DNA from: a virus
Lineage: Duplodnaviria > Caudoviricetes
Length of the DNA stretch: 32,156 bases
Reading direction: 5' to 3' (one strand)
Virus record (IMG/VR): IMGVR_UViG_3300031938_000015
Coordinates: 1 to 32,156 of that record
Shown: piece by piece, positions 24,831 through 32,033 of the stretch
Layout: each line of letters begins with the position of its first letter
Position numbering within the stretch: the first letter of the stretch is position 1
Program-made: the position numbers and the translations under genes
The notes under the pieces: generated by a model
What the model was told of the DNA's origin: nothing
The model's input: only the letters and a program-made list of their open reading frames with translations
Databases searched by the model: none

Positions 24831-25276
24831 GATGCCAGCACCTGCTCGCGACGTCGAGCGCGCTTGGCGAGCCGCTGGTAGATCCGCTCGCCGGCCCGGT
24901 GGCGCGCGTCCACCGAGCCGCCCTTGATGGCCGCATGCGCAGCGCGCAGCTCGTCGTCGGTCCAGGCGAACTCCTCGACCAGCTGCCTTGGACCCAACGG
25001 CCCGCGCAGGCCGTGCACCTGGCCGGGGGTCAGAGCGGTCCGGGCCGCCTTGAGGTGCGCCCGCTGACGGCGGACAGTCACCTCGAGCCCGTTGAGCCGG
25101 AGCGCTGCCGCCACGAGCGCGTCGACCAGCTGGCGGCGCGAGTACTGCGCGGTCGCGGCGAGCGCCTCGTCAAGGTCGTCCGCAGCCAGGGCCGCGATGA
25201 CGGCCGTGGTCGCGGCGCCGGCCCGGGCACGTTCGGTCAGGACAGGGTCTGGCTGTGGGAGTGCGTGCAGGGTCAT
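24827..25276 (-). CDS. Hypothetical protein (149 aa)
   Basis: GAGGAG RBS; ATGA overlap with the initiator stop; 3' part of ORF 24827..25885. Confidence 0.7.
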   Translation of the reverse strand: MTLHALPQPDPVLTERARAGAATTAVIAALAADDLDEALAATAQYSRRQLVDALVAAALRLNGLEVTVRRQRAHLKAARTALTPGQVHGLRGPLGPRQLVEEFAWTDDELRAAHAAIKGGSVDARHRAGERIYQRLAKRARRREQVLAS

Positions 25277-26319
25277 GTCGCTCCTCGGGTGCGGGGTCGT
25301 CCACGAGTGGCTCGCTTGGGTGCAGTGAGCGGATCTGTTGGCTTGGTGGGTGGTGGAGGAGCGGGAGAGCGTCCCGTCCCGACCCGTCCCGACCCGGCAG
25401 ATCCAGATCTCGTGGGCAGGTGATCTGCAGATCCGCGGTGTCCGGCTGGGCGTCGGGTCGCGGTGGGCGCCGGGGAACCGTTGCGCCTGGTGGTGGCCGG
25501 GGAACCGTTGCCACCGGGGGTGTCGCTCGTGGTGCTGGGGGCCGCGGTGCCCGGCTGGGCGCCGGGTCGCGTGGGGGCCGCGGTGTCCGGCTGGGTGCCG
25601 GATCGCGTTGCGGTGTCCGGCTGGCTGCCGGGTCGCAGGTCTTCGCAGGCCGGGACCTGGTGGCCGTGGGTGGCCAGCCAGGCAGCCGTTGCTGCGGAGT
25701 ACAGGGGCTGCAGCGGTACGGGCTGCAGGGGGTAGCGGTCGTCGGCGTCTTCGCGGTCTCGGCGGCCGGCGTTGCAGGCGCCGCACGCGATCACGAGGGT
25801 GTCGACGGTGGCGGCCTGGCCGGGGACGCGGTGGTCGTAGGTGCCGCGCCGGCCGCCCTTGCGGGCTTTCCAGCTGACGACGCATCTGCAGTACCGGCAG
25901 GCGTCGCCGTCACGCAGCCGCACCGGCACGGTGAGTGCCGGGTTGGCTGAGTCCTCGCGCTGCTGCCGCTCCCAGTCGATCTCCGCCTTCAGGCGCATGT
26001 GGATGAACTCGGGGTCGTCGACGAGCTGCCACGCCGGGACACCGGCGACCTTGACTCGTTGGACGTACCCGGCCTTGCGCGCGAGCTCGAGCAGCCGTTC
26101 GGTGCGAGGGCCGCCGAGCATCCACGCCGTGCCCTCGTCGATCACGTAGTCCGTGGTGTGGCCGGCGGACTGCAGCGCGCAGCGCATCACGAACCCGAAG
26201 ACCTCGTTGACCGCGACGTCGCGCTCGAGCACGTGGTCCGTGAGCGAGCGGACCAGGGCGACGACGCGCATGACGATCGGGTGCGTCGCGGCGTTGTCGC
26301 CGGTCTTGAGCCACGGCAC
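25273..26319 (-). CDS. Putative replication initiator fused to an HNH-like domain (348 aa)
   Basis: N-terminal PWLKTGD.AA.HP...TDYVI resembles actinophage initiator N-termini; RDGDACRYC...TYDH...VIACGACN is HNH-like; low-complexity repeat-encoded tail; GAGGAGG RBS. Confidence 0.7.
   Translation of the reverse strand: MPWLKTGDNAATHPIVMRVVALVRSLTDHVLERDVAVNEVFGFVMRCALQSAGHTTDYVIDEGTAWMLGGPRTERLLELARKAGYVQRVKVAGVPAWQLVDDPEFIHMRLKAEIDWERQQREDSANPALTVPVRLRDGDACRYCRCVVSWKARKGGRRGTYDHRVPGQAATVDTLVIACGACNAGRRDREDADDRYPLQPVPLQPLYSAATAAWLATHGHQVPACEDLRPGSQPDTATRSGTQPDTAAPTRPGAQPGTAAPSTTSDTPGGNGSPATTRRNGSPAPTATRRPAGHRGSADHLPTRSGSAGSGRVGTGRSPAPPPPTKPTDPLTAPKRATRGRPRTRGAT
25371..25637. repeat. Iteron-like repeat cluster, candidate replication origin
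   Basis: Four 28-bp copies GCGGTGYCCGGCTGGSYGYCGGRTCGCR at 25435, 25544, 25580 and 25610; two GCCGGGGAACCGTTGC at 25469 and 25496; CAGATC/GATCTG cluster at 25398-25433; (GWCCC)n run at 25371-25395. Confidence 0.75.
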
Positions 26320-26377
26320 GAGCTGCAGGCCTCCTCGAGGCGACGGGGCGGTGTGGACGATCGAGCGCGCACTGGGA

Positions 26378-26608
26378 TCACCCGTCGTCGGCGAGCGCCG
26401 ACGCATCGGTCAGCGTCTGGCGCCAGCGGGCGACGGCGTTGACGTCGATCCACCCGGTGCGCAGACATGGCCGGCCGGGATGACCGGCCTGGGTGAACGC
26501 GTGGAGCACTTCCTGCAGGGTCCGCTCGAGCGCGAGGGTGCGCTGCTGCTCGCGCGCCAGCCGCAGACGGAGTCCCTCGAGCTGCTCCCAGGTCGGCTGG
26601 CTGGTCAC
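26378..26608 (-). CDS. Hypothetical protein (76 aa)
   Basis: GTGA overlap with the ParB-2 stop; short coiled coil. Confidence 0.6.
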   Translation of the reverse strand: MTSQPTWEQLEGLRLRLAREQQRTLALERTLQEVLHAFTQAGHPGRPCLRTGWIDVNAVARWRQTLTDASALADDG

Positions 26609-27699
26609 GGGAGCACCTGCGGCCGGTAGGGGGCGCTGCATGTCGGGCAGGTGCCGGTGCGGGCGCCGTGCTCGGCGGTGGCCTTGCGCTCGTCGGCGCG
26701 GATGACGGACTCCCAGCAGTCGCCGCACCCTTGGCCGCCGACTGTGCGGCCGCGGGAGTGGCCGAGTCGCTTGCAGCGGGCGCGGACGAGGGCTGCGAGA
26801 GGGTGCGCGTGGTCGAGGTGCCAGCCCTTGGTCTGCCCGGTGGCTCGGACGCGACCTGATGCGGCGCGGCCCTTGGCGGTGCCGTGGGTGATGGTCATCT
26901 CGCCGCGGCGGATCTCGTCCTGCTCTTCCGGGGTGAGCGCGAGGAGCGCGAGGCGTCCGGACACCTTGATCTGTGAGAAGCCGATGCGCTTGCCGACCTC
27001 GAGGTCAGAGCTGCCCATGCGTGTCTTGAGTAGCTGCAGGGCGCGTGCCTCTTCGATGGGGTCGAGGCCGGCGCGCTGGCCGTTCTCGATGAGCGCGGCG
27101 GCCAGGTCGTCGTCCGAACGCATGTCACCGCGGACGAGGACGTCGACGCGTTCCCAACCGAGGAGCATCACGGCGGCGTGGCGGCGGTGCCCGGCGACGA
27201 TGACGTAGCCCGGGATTCCGTCGTCGGCGGGCCGGACGACGATCGGCTGGATCAGGCCGGCCTCGCGGATCGAAGCCGCGAGCTCCGGGATGTCCGTCAG
27301 GTGCTCGCGGGGATTCGCGGGGTTCGGCCGTAGCCGCGTGACTGGCACCTTGATGAAGCGGCCCGAGGTCTTGTCGTCGTCACCGATCGGGGCCGGACGG
27401 CCGTGGTAGTGGTAGCCGCCGGGCTCCGGTCGCACCGTGGCGCTGCCGAGGTTGGCGACCGCCTTCGTGGGCTCAGCGGTGAGGCGGTGCTGACGGTCGA
27501 GCTCAGCGACCGAGCGGCGCAGCTGCTCCGGGTCGGGGAAGCCGTGCTCGAGGCCGATCGCCTCCACCTGGTCGGCGTCCAGCGCCGGCGCGGACGGATG
27601 CGCGGCGAGGGTCTGGGCCACCTGGTCGGGGTCACGGCCTGCGGCGAGGGCGTGCAGGACCAGGCGCGCCACCTCGTACGGCAGCGCCGTGGTGGTCAC
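26605..27699 (-). CDS. ParB/Spo0J-like protein 2 (364 aa): N-terminal extension, ParB domain, HTH, C-terminal Cys/His cluster
   Basis: PNPANPR, GLIQPIVV, IVAGHRRHAA, IENGQR, DPIEEARA; C-terminal CKRLGH..CGDC..CPTC; GTG overlaps the ParB-1 stop. Confidence 0.85.
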   Translation of the reverse strand: MTTTALPYEVARLVLHALAAGRDPDQVAQTLAAHPSAPALDADQVEAIGLEHGFPDPEQLRRSVAELDRQHRLTAEPTKAVANLGSATVRPEPGGYHYHGRPAPIGDDDKTSGRFIKVPVTRLRPNPANPREHLTDIPELAASIREAGLIQPIVVRPADDGIPGYVIVAGHRRHAAVMLLGWERVDVLVRGDMRSDDDLAAALIENGQRAGLDPIEEARALQLLKTRMGSSDLEVGKRIGFSQIKVSGRLALLALTPEEQDEIRRGEMTITHGTAKGRAASGRVRATGQTKGWHLDHAHPLAALVRARCKRLGHSRGRTVGGQGCGDCWESVIRADERKATAEHGARTGTCPTCSAPYRPQVLP

Positions 27700-29114
27700 A
27701 CCGACTCCACGACGTCTTCGAGGGCCGGCGGGTTCTTCGCAGCCGCGGCCTGCGCGGCGAGCGCCTCGCGGGCCTCGATCATCTGCAGCTCGACGTCGGA
27801 GAACTGGTAGTCGTAGCGCTTCTCGAGCAGCTCGACCCACTCCCAGGCCAGGTCGACGTGCAGCGTCGGGTCGTACGACGGGATCCAGCCGGTCCAGCCA
27901 TCTGGGGTGAGCAGGCGTCCCTCATCGTCGGTGTGCTCGCGCAGGTCGTACAGGATCGCGAGCTGGGCGACGCTCAGGGACTGCACCTTGGCGGTGACCG
28001 TGAACGCGTCGGCGTCCAGCGGCAGGCCCAGCAGCCCGGCGAGCCGGATCCGGTGCGACGTGGTGCGGCCGAGGTTGTCCGTCAGCTCGGCGACGAGGAC
28101 GTGCTGCGCGATTTCGCTGTTACCGCGGCGCACGACGTCGGCGAGGTGCTGCAGGCGCACCTCGGCGGCGATCTCCAGGTCGGCATCGACCCGCTCCGCG
28201 GTCTCACGCTCGGCGCGCTCCTCCTCTGTCTCGTCCGCGGCACCGTCCGCGGCGTCGAACGGTGTCGGGTGGTACTCGGTTGCGTTCAGGCACACCCAGA
28301 TCGGCTCGTCGGCATTGGTGGCTGGGTGGATGACGCCGGCGTGACCGGGGCAGTCGGTGTGGCGCTCGGCGTCGATGTCGAGCGCGTTGAGCAGCTTCGG
28401 CGCGGGGCCGACCTCGTCCAGCCGGTACGGGAAGCCGGCCGGCCGGTCGACGAGGTCGACCTTGCCCTCCCACGCGCGGCGGATCTTGTCCGATGCCTTG
28501 GCGTCGGCGACGATCCGCTTGCAGGCGGTGACCTCGTAGGTCCAGTTGTACGTGCCGATCGCACGCTCGAGCCGGGCGTACAGGCTGGGGTCCTCGGCGA
28601 AGTCGGCGAGGGTAACGGCGTCGGCGAGGGTGATCTGGCCGCCGGCGAGGCGGTCGCGGGCCTTGTCGCCGAGCCTGGTGACCTTGATGCGCTCCCGGAC
28701 GTAGGTGACCGGGTGGCCGGTGGCCTGCGCGACGGACTTCTGGGTGAAGCCGTCGAAGGTGAGCAGCTGCTGGTAGGCGGCGCCCTCCTCGACCGCGGTC
28801 AGGTTCGCCCGGTGCCCGTTCTCGACGAGCATCGCCTGCAGCTGCTTCGGCAGGGTGTCGAGGTCGTCGCGGACGACGACCGGGACCTGCTTCAGGCCGG
28901 CCTGCTTCGCGGCTGCGAGGCGGCGGTGGCCGGCGATCAGCAGGTACGGCTGCTTGGTGTGGCCGGTCGGGGCCACGACGAGGGGCTCGAGGATGCCCTG
29001 CTCAGCGATCGACGCGGCCAGGTCGTCCAGGTCGCCGAGCGCGGCGCGGACGTTCTCGGTGTGCGGCTTGATCTTCGACGGGGCGACGAGCTCGAGCGTG
29101 GGCGTGCCGGTCAT
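27696..29114 (-). CDS. ParB/Spo0J-like protein 1 (472 aa)
   Basis: PHTENVR, GILEPLVV, LIAGHRRLAA, VENGHR, TAVEEG, HTH TQKSVAQATGHPVTYV, HTDCPGH..VC motif; GGAAGG RBS. Confidence 0.88.
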   Translation of the reverse strand: MTGTPTLELVAPSKIKPHTENVRAALGDLDDLAASIAEQGILEPLVVAPTGHTKQPYLLIAGHRRLAAAKQAGLKQVPVVVRDDLDTLPKQLQAMLVENGHRANLTAVEEGAAYQQLLTFDGFTQKSVAQATGHPVTYVRERIKVTRLGDKARDRLAGGQITLADAVTLADFAEDPSLYARLERAIGTYNWTYEVTACKRIVADAKASDKIRRAWEGKVDLVDRPAGFPYRLDEVGPAPKLLNALDIDAERHTDCPGHAGVIHPATNADEPIWVCLNATEYHPTPFDAADGAADETEEERAERETAERVDADLEIAAEVRLQHLADVVRRGNSEIAQHVLVAELTDNLGRTTSHRIRLAGLLGLPLDADAFTVTAKVQSLSVAQLAILYDLREHTDDEGRLLTPDGWTGWIPSYDPTLHVDLAWEWVELLEKRYDYQFSDVELQMIEAREALAAQAAAAKNPPALEDVVESV

Positions 29115-29128
29115 GGTGTGCCTTCCGG

Positions 29129-29178
29129 GTGCAGGGTCGGGCGTGCAGGACGTCGTGCAGGTTGAGCGGCTGTGCAGG
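29129..29178 (-). repeat. Four direct CCTGCAC heptamers upstream of the ParB pair
   Basis: GTGCAGG on + at 29129, 29143, 29155 and 29172 within a 65-bp intergenic gap. Confidence 0.85.
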
Positions 29179-29179
29179 T

Positions 29180-29509
29180 TCAGCGGCGGCGGCCGCGGAT
29201 CGGGATGACGTTCTTCGCCGCGGGGAAGTACTCGGCGACCTGCGCGTGCAGGGCCTCGTCGCTGCTCGAGCGCCTGGCGGTGCACGTCGCGAAGTGCGGC
29301 ATAGCCCGCCACTGCGGCGGGACGATCTCGACGTCCGCGGTGATCGCGCGGACGATCACCGAGCCGAGGTGGTCGCGGTTCACGACGAGGTTCGCGCGGT
29401 CGTCGTCCGCGTCGTAGCGGTCCGGGTCGACCGGCATCCGCTTGCGGCCCGGGATCGTCAGCGCCCAGATGATGTCCGCGCCGCACGCCTCGCAGTTGCC
29501 GTAGCTCAC
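29180..29509 (-). CDS. Small Zn-binding phage protein (109 aa)
   Basis: CEACGADIIW...MPVD...HFATC (CxxC...HxxxC). Confidence 0.75.
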   Translation of the reverse strand: MSYGNCEACGADIIWALTIPGRKRMPVDPDRYDADDDRANLVVNRDHLGSVIVRAITADVEIVPPQWRAMPHFATCTARRSSSDEALHAQVAEYFPAAKNVIPIRGRRR

Positions 29510-30330
29510 GGCGCGCTGCCGCTACGACGCGGACGACGACCGGCGGCCGAGTACCTCCGCGGGCCCGGCCAGGGCTGCCGGGCGGCGACCGACGCGAGTA
29601 CCGACACGAACAGCTCGAGGCGCTCCGCGGCAGCGACCGGGTCCTCTTCGGGCTGCTCGTGCACGGCCGCGAGGACGGCACGTGCCTGCGTGTCGTCGAG
29701 GTCGTCGGCGATGTGGGCTGCGACGAGCCGGCCAGCCGCGACGCTCGCTCGCTGGTCCGGAGTGCTCGCGGCGTCTGGGTTGTCGACGGCCCGGCCCGTG
29801 TTCGCTTCGATGAACTGCAGAGCCACGCCGGACGGGTGGTCGGCGCCGCAGGGGCACGGCAGGCCCTTCGGCGTGATGGTCTCTGCGAAGAAGAGCGCGA
29901 GGGCGTCCAGCGCGAGACTGTCCTGGCTGGCATAGAGCTCGACGGCGGCCTGGGTGAGCAGCTGCGACCCTTCCACGTACCGGCCCTCGCGGAACCACAT
30001 GAAGGCGAGCACGATGTTGTTGCGCGCGTCCGGGTCGATGTCGGCGAGGTAACGCTCGGCCGGCTCGGGCACGAACGGCGGACGAGGGGTTGCTGCCGCC
30101 CCGGTCGACGACCCAGGCTCAGGCCCGGGCTCAGCCGCGGGCGTCGGTGACTCCTGGTCGGTGACCGGAGCGGCAGCAGGCAGTACCTCGCGGACGACGC
30201 GAGGTGCCGCCGGTTCAGGGGTGCGCCGGCGGGAGCCAGCGAACCGCGCCATCCACAGGTTCGCGGCCACCAGCACGGCCAGGAGCGCGACGACCACCAC
30301 GGTGGTCTGGACACCGCCCGCCGACGTCAC
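29506..30330 (-). CDS. Membrane-anchored protein with Pro-rich linker (274 aa)
   Basis: N-terminal TM VVVVALLAVLVAANLWM, PE/PA-rich linker, helical domain with CPCGADH; GTGA-coupled. Confidence 0.7.
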   Translation of the reverse strand: MTSAGGVQTTVVVVALLAVLVAANLWMARFAGSRRRTPEPAAPRVVREVLPAAAPVTDQESPTPAAEPGPEPGSSTGAAATPRPPFVPEPAERYLADIDPDARNNIVLAFMWFREGRYVEGSQLLTQAAVELYASQDSLALDALALFFAETITPKGLPCPCGADHPSGVALQFIEANTGRAVDNPDAASTPDQRASVAAGRLVAAHIADDLDDTQARAVLAAVHEQPEEDPVAAAERLELFVSVLASVAARQPWPGPRRYSAAGRRPRRSGSAP

Positions 30331-30578
30331 GACGTCGCCGCCTCGCGGTAGAGGTCGGCCTGCTCGATGTGGTGCTGCGAGCGCCGTAGGTCGAGCAGCG
30401 CGGTGTCGACGTCGTGGTCGAGCATGGCGCTGCGGGCGCGGGCGTAGCAGGCCTGCGCGGACGAGCGGTGCTGCAGGACCTTGTGGAGGGCTGCCGCGCG
30501 GGTGGCGCGGTCCGCGGGGGACTCGGCGGTCGCGGTGAGGACGTCGACCAGGTGGCCGGGCTTGGTGATGGTGGTCAA
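30327..30578 (-). CDS. Hypothetical protein (83 aa)
   Basis: TTG start after a GAGGAG RBS; coupled to the next gene. Confidence 0.65.
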   Translation of the reverse strand: MTTITKPGHLVDVLTATAESPADRATRAAALHKVLQHRSSAQACYARARSAMLDHDVDTALLDLRRSQHHIEQADLYREAATS

Positions 30579-30605
30579 GGGATGCTCCTCGTGCAGGTGA
30601 GGTGG

Positions 30606-30722
30606 CTACCGGTCGCCGTCGCGGCCGATGCGTCGGGCGGTGGCGATCACGCCCACGCCGAGCAGCGCCCAGAGCAGGAGCTGCGACAGGACCGGGGTGA
30701 GGTACGGGGTGGTGCTGTTCAC
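30606..30722 (-). CDS. Small membrane peptide (38 aa), not in the ORF track
   Basis: GTGA overlap; NSTTPYLTPVLSQLLLWALLGVGVIATARRIGRDGDR. Confidence 0.55.
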   Translation of the reverse strand: MNSTTPYLTPVLSQLLLWALLGVGVIATARRIGRDGDR

Positions 30723-30850
30723 GTCCACACCTCGCTGCCTGCGGCGGTGAAGCGGGCCATGAGGTCGGCGTGCTCGGCCTCGCAGGCGCGGCGCTCCTCC
30801 TCGGTGAGGTGGAAGTGCGCGACCTGGGCCGGCAGCTGGTGCGCGCTCAC
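30719..30850 (-). CDS. Small hypothetical protein (43 aa), not in the ORF track
   Basis: GTGA overlaps at both ends; SAHQLPAQVAHFHLTEEERRACEAEHADLMARFTAAGSEVWT. Confidence 0.55.
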   Translation of the reverse strand: MSAHQLPAQVAHFHLTEEERRACEAEHADLMARFTAAGSEVWT

Positions 30851-31341
30851 CGGTGGGTCCCGGCGAGAGCGGCGGGCGACGGGTCAGCGCAGACGCTGGC
30901 GCGCATCGTGGCGAGGGAGTCCTGGCGGGCGATCAACCGCTCGTCGGCGATGCTGACTGGCTTGCCGTTGTAGGTGTGCGCGGCCAGGCAGGTGTGCCCA
31001 GTCCGAGGTGCGGGGCAGTCGCGGACCTCGTGGCGGCCCTGCATCGACGCGTCAGCCACGGTGATGTCGGCACCGGTCAGCGGGGACGTCAACTCGGGGC
31101 CGTGCTCGGCGACGATGTGTGGTGACTCGGGCGCGTCGTCGAGGATGTCGAGCAGGCTCCGGCACGACGCGCGCAGCGCCTCGAGCGCAGCGCGCTCGAT
31201 GGCCTTGCCGTACGGGGCCGGGAGCCGGGAGGCGTCAGCGAGGAAGTTGGACGCCGTCCGCATGTTCGCGAGCGCCCGGTTGCGGCGCTGCAGGTAGGAG
31301 CTGCGCGGTTCGTGCGGCGTGGCCGCCGGCTGGCCGGTCAC
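30847..31341 (-). CDS. Hypothetical early protein (164 aa)
   Basis: GTGA overlap with the HTH gene stop; AAGGA RBS. Confidence 0.65.
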   Translation of the reverse strand: MTGQPAATPHEPRSSYLQRRNRALANMRTASNFLADASRLPAPYGKAIERAALEALRASCRSLLDILDDAPESPHIVAEHGPELTSPLTGADITVADASMQGRHEVRDCPAPRTGHTCLAAHTYNGKPVSIADERLIARQDSLATMRASVCADPSPAALAGTHR

Positions 31342-31550
31342 GACGCGTCCTTCTCGAGCTCGACCGCCAGGCGGGCGACGTCGTCGGGGTGGAACAGCAG
31401 CGCGCCGGTCTTGCCGGGCGCCTTCAAGGTCGGCGTCAGCTGACCCTTCTCGACCCACCGATGCACAGTGCGGACGTGCACCCCATGCTGACGAGCGATG
31501 TCGGCGGTGGAGAGAAGCCCACTCTGAGAGGAAGTCTCGGTCTTGAGCAT
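31338..31550 (-). CDS. Cro/excisionase-like HTH protein (70 aa)
   Basis: LLSTADIARQHGVHVRTVHRWVEKGQL...LLFHPDDV (MerR/Xis-type HTH); divergent from the repressor; first early gene. Confidence 0.85.
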   Translation of the reverse strand: MLKTETSSQSGLLSTADIARQHGVHVRTVHRWVEKGQLTPTLKAPGKTGALLFHPDDVARLAVELEKDAS

Positions 31551-31556
31551 GAGCCC

Positions 31557-31585
31557 AAGTTAGGCTGAGGCCCTAAGTTGGTCAA
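31557..31585 (-). promoter_or_regulatory. Early lytic promoter, leaderless
   Basis: TTGACC-17 bp-TAACTT, 6 nt before the ATG at 31550; no RBS. Confidence 0.75.
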
Positions 31586-31603
31586 GTCAATCGGCGGAAG
31601 TGA

Positions 31604-31633
31604 TTGCGCGATGTGATCGGGACGCCCTATCTT
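31604..31633 (+). promoter_or_regulatory. Repressor promoter, leaderless
   Basis: TTGCGC-18 bp-TATCTT, 6 nt before the ATG at 31640. Confidence 0.65.
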
Positions 31634-31639
31634 GGGCGC

Positions 31640-31978
31640 ATGACACAGCAGGTGCACGGGGTGATCCCCGAGTTCACGATCGGCGACCGACTCCGCAAGG
31701 CACGCGAGTTGACCGGTCTGGACCAGGTGCAGTTCGCGACCGAGATCGACATCTCGCGCAACACCGTGGGCAACTACGAGAACGGCAACGTCAAGCCTCG
31801 CCGGCTGGCACTGAAGGCCTGGGCTATGCGCACCGGCGTGCCTCTCGAGTGGCTCGAGACGGGCGTCGCCTCGAGCTCGCCCGACGGTGGTGGATCTGTG
31901 ACGTCCGACACGCAACCTACGGTCCAGTATGACGATCGCCCTGGTCAGGGCGCCGAGCTTCTGAGGCTCGTGGCATGA
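31640..31978 (+). CDS. Immunity repressor, XRE-family HTH (112 aa)
   Basis: GDRLRKARELTGLDQVQFATEIDISRNTVGNYENG..P...WAMRTGVPLEWLETG; no S24 peptidase domain; unstructured tail ending LLRLVA. Confidence 0.92.
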   Translation: MTQQVHGVIPEFTIGDRLRKARELTGLDQVQFATEIDISRNTVGNYENGNVKPRRLALKAWAMRTGVPLEWLETGVASSSPDGGGSVTSDTQPTVQYDDRPGQGAELLRLVA

Positions 31979-32004
31979 GCGGCCCCCGTAGGCACCTGGT
32001 CGCT

Positions 32005-32033
32005 TTGAGTAATCAGTCCGTTACGCGCATAAT
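32005..32033 (+). promoter_or_regulatory. Candidate integrase promoter
   Basis: TTGAGT-17 bp-CATAAT upstream of the int start (32098, equivalent to 86 on the circle). Confidence 0.6.

Larger units (their letters stand above)
31554..31636. promoter_or_regulatory. Three 11-bp pseudo-palindromic operator candidates (consensus CCYAAnTTRGG)
   Basis: CCCAAGTTAGG 31554-31564, CCTAAGTTGGT 31572-31582 and CCTATCTTGGG 31626-31636, overlapping both promoters. Confidence 0.65.

Noticed and set aside
25435-25637. 28-bp repeats as a mini CRISPR array
   Set aside because: Spacers are irregular (81, 8 and 2 bp), repeats are degenerate and inside a CDS, and no cas genes are present.
2371-30538. Many long + strand and alternative-frame ORFs (e.g. 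4676..7150, 15943..17817, 23732..25423)
   Set aside because: They are shadow ORFs typical of high-GC DNA, overlap well-supported - strand genes and lack recognisable motifs.
31860-31990. tRNA gene or complete tRNA 3' half at the presumed attP
   Set aside because: No T-loop consensus or cloverleaf on either strand; I saw no tRNA gene elsewhere either.
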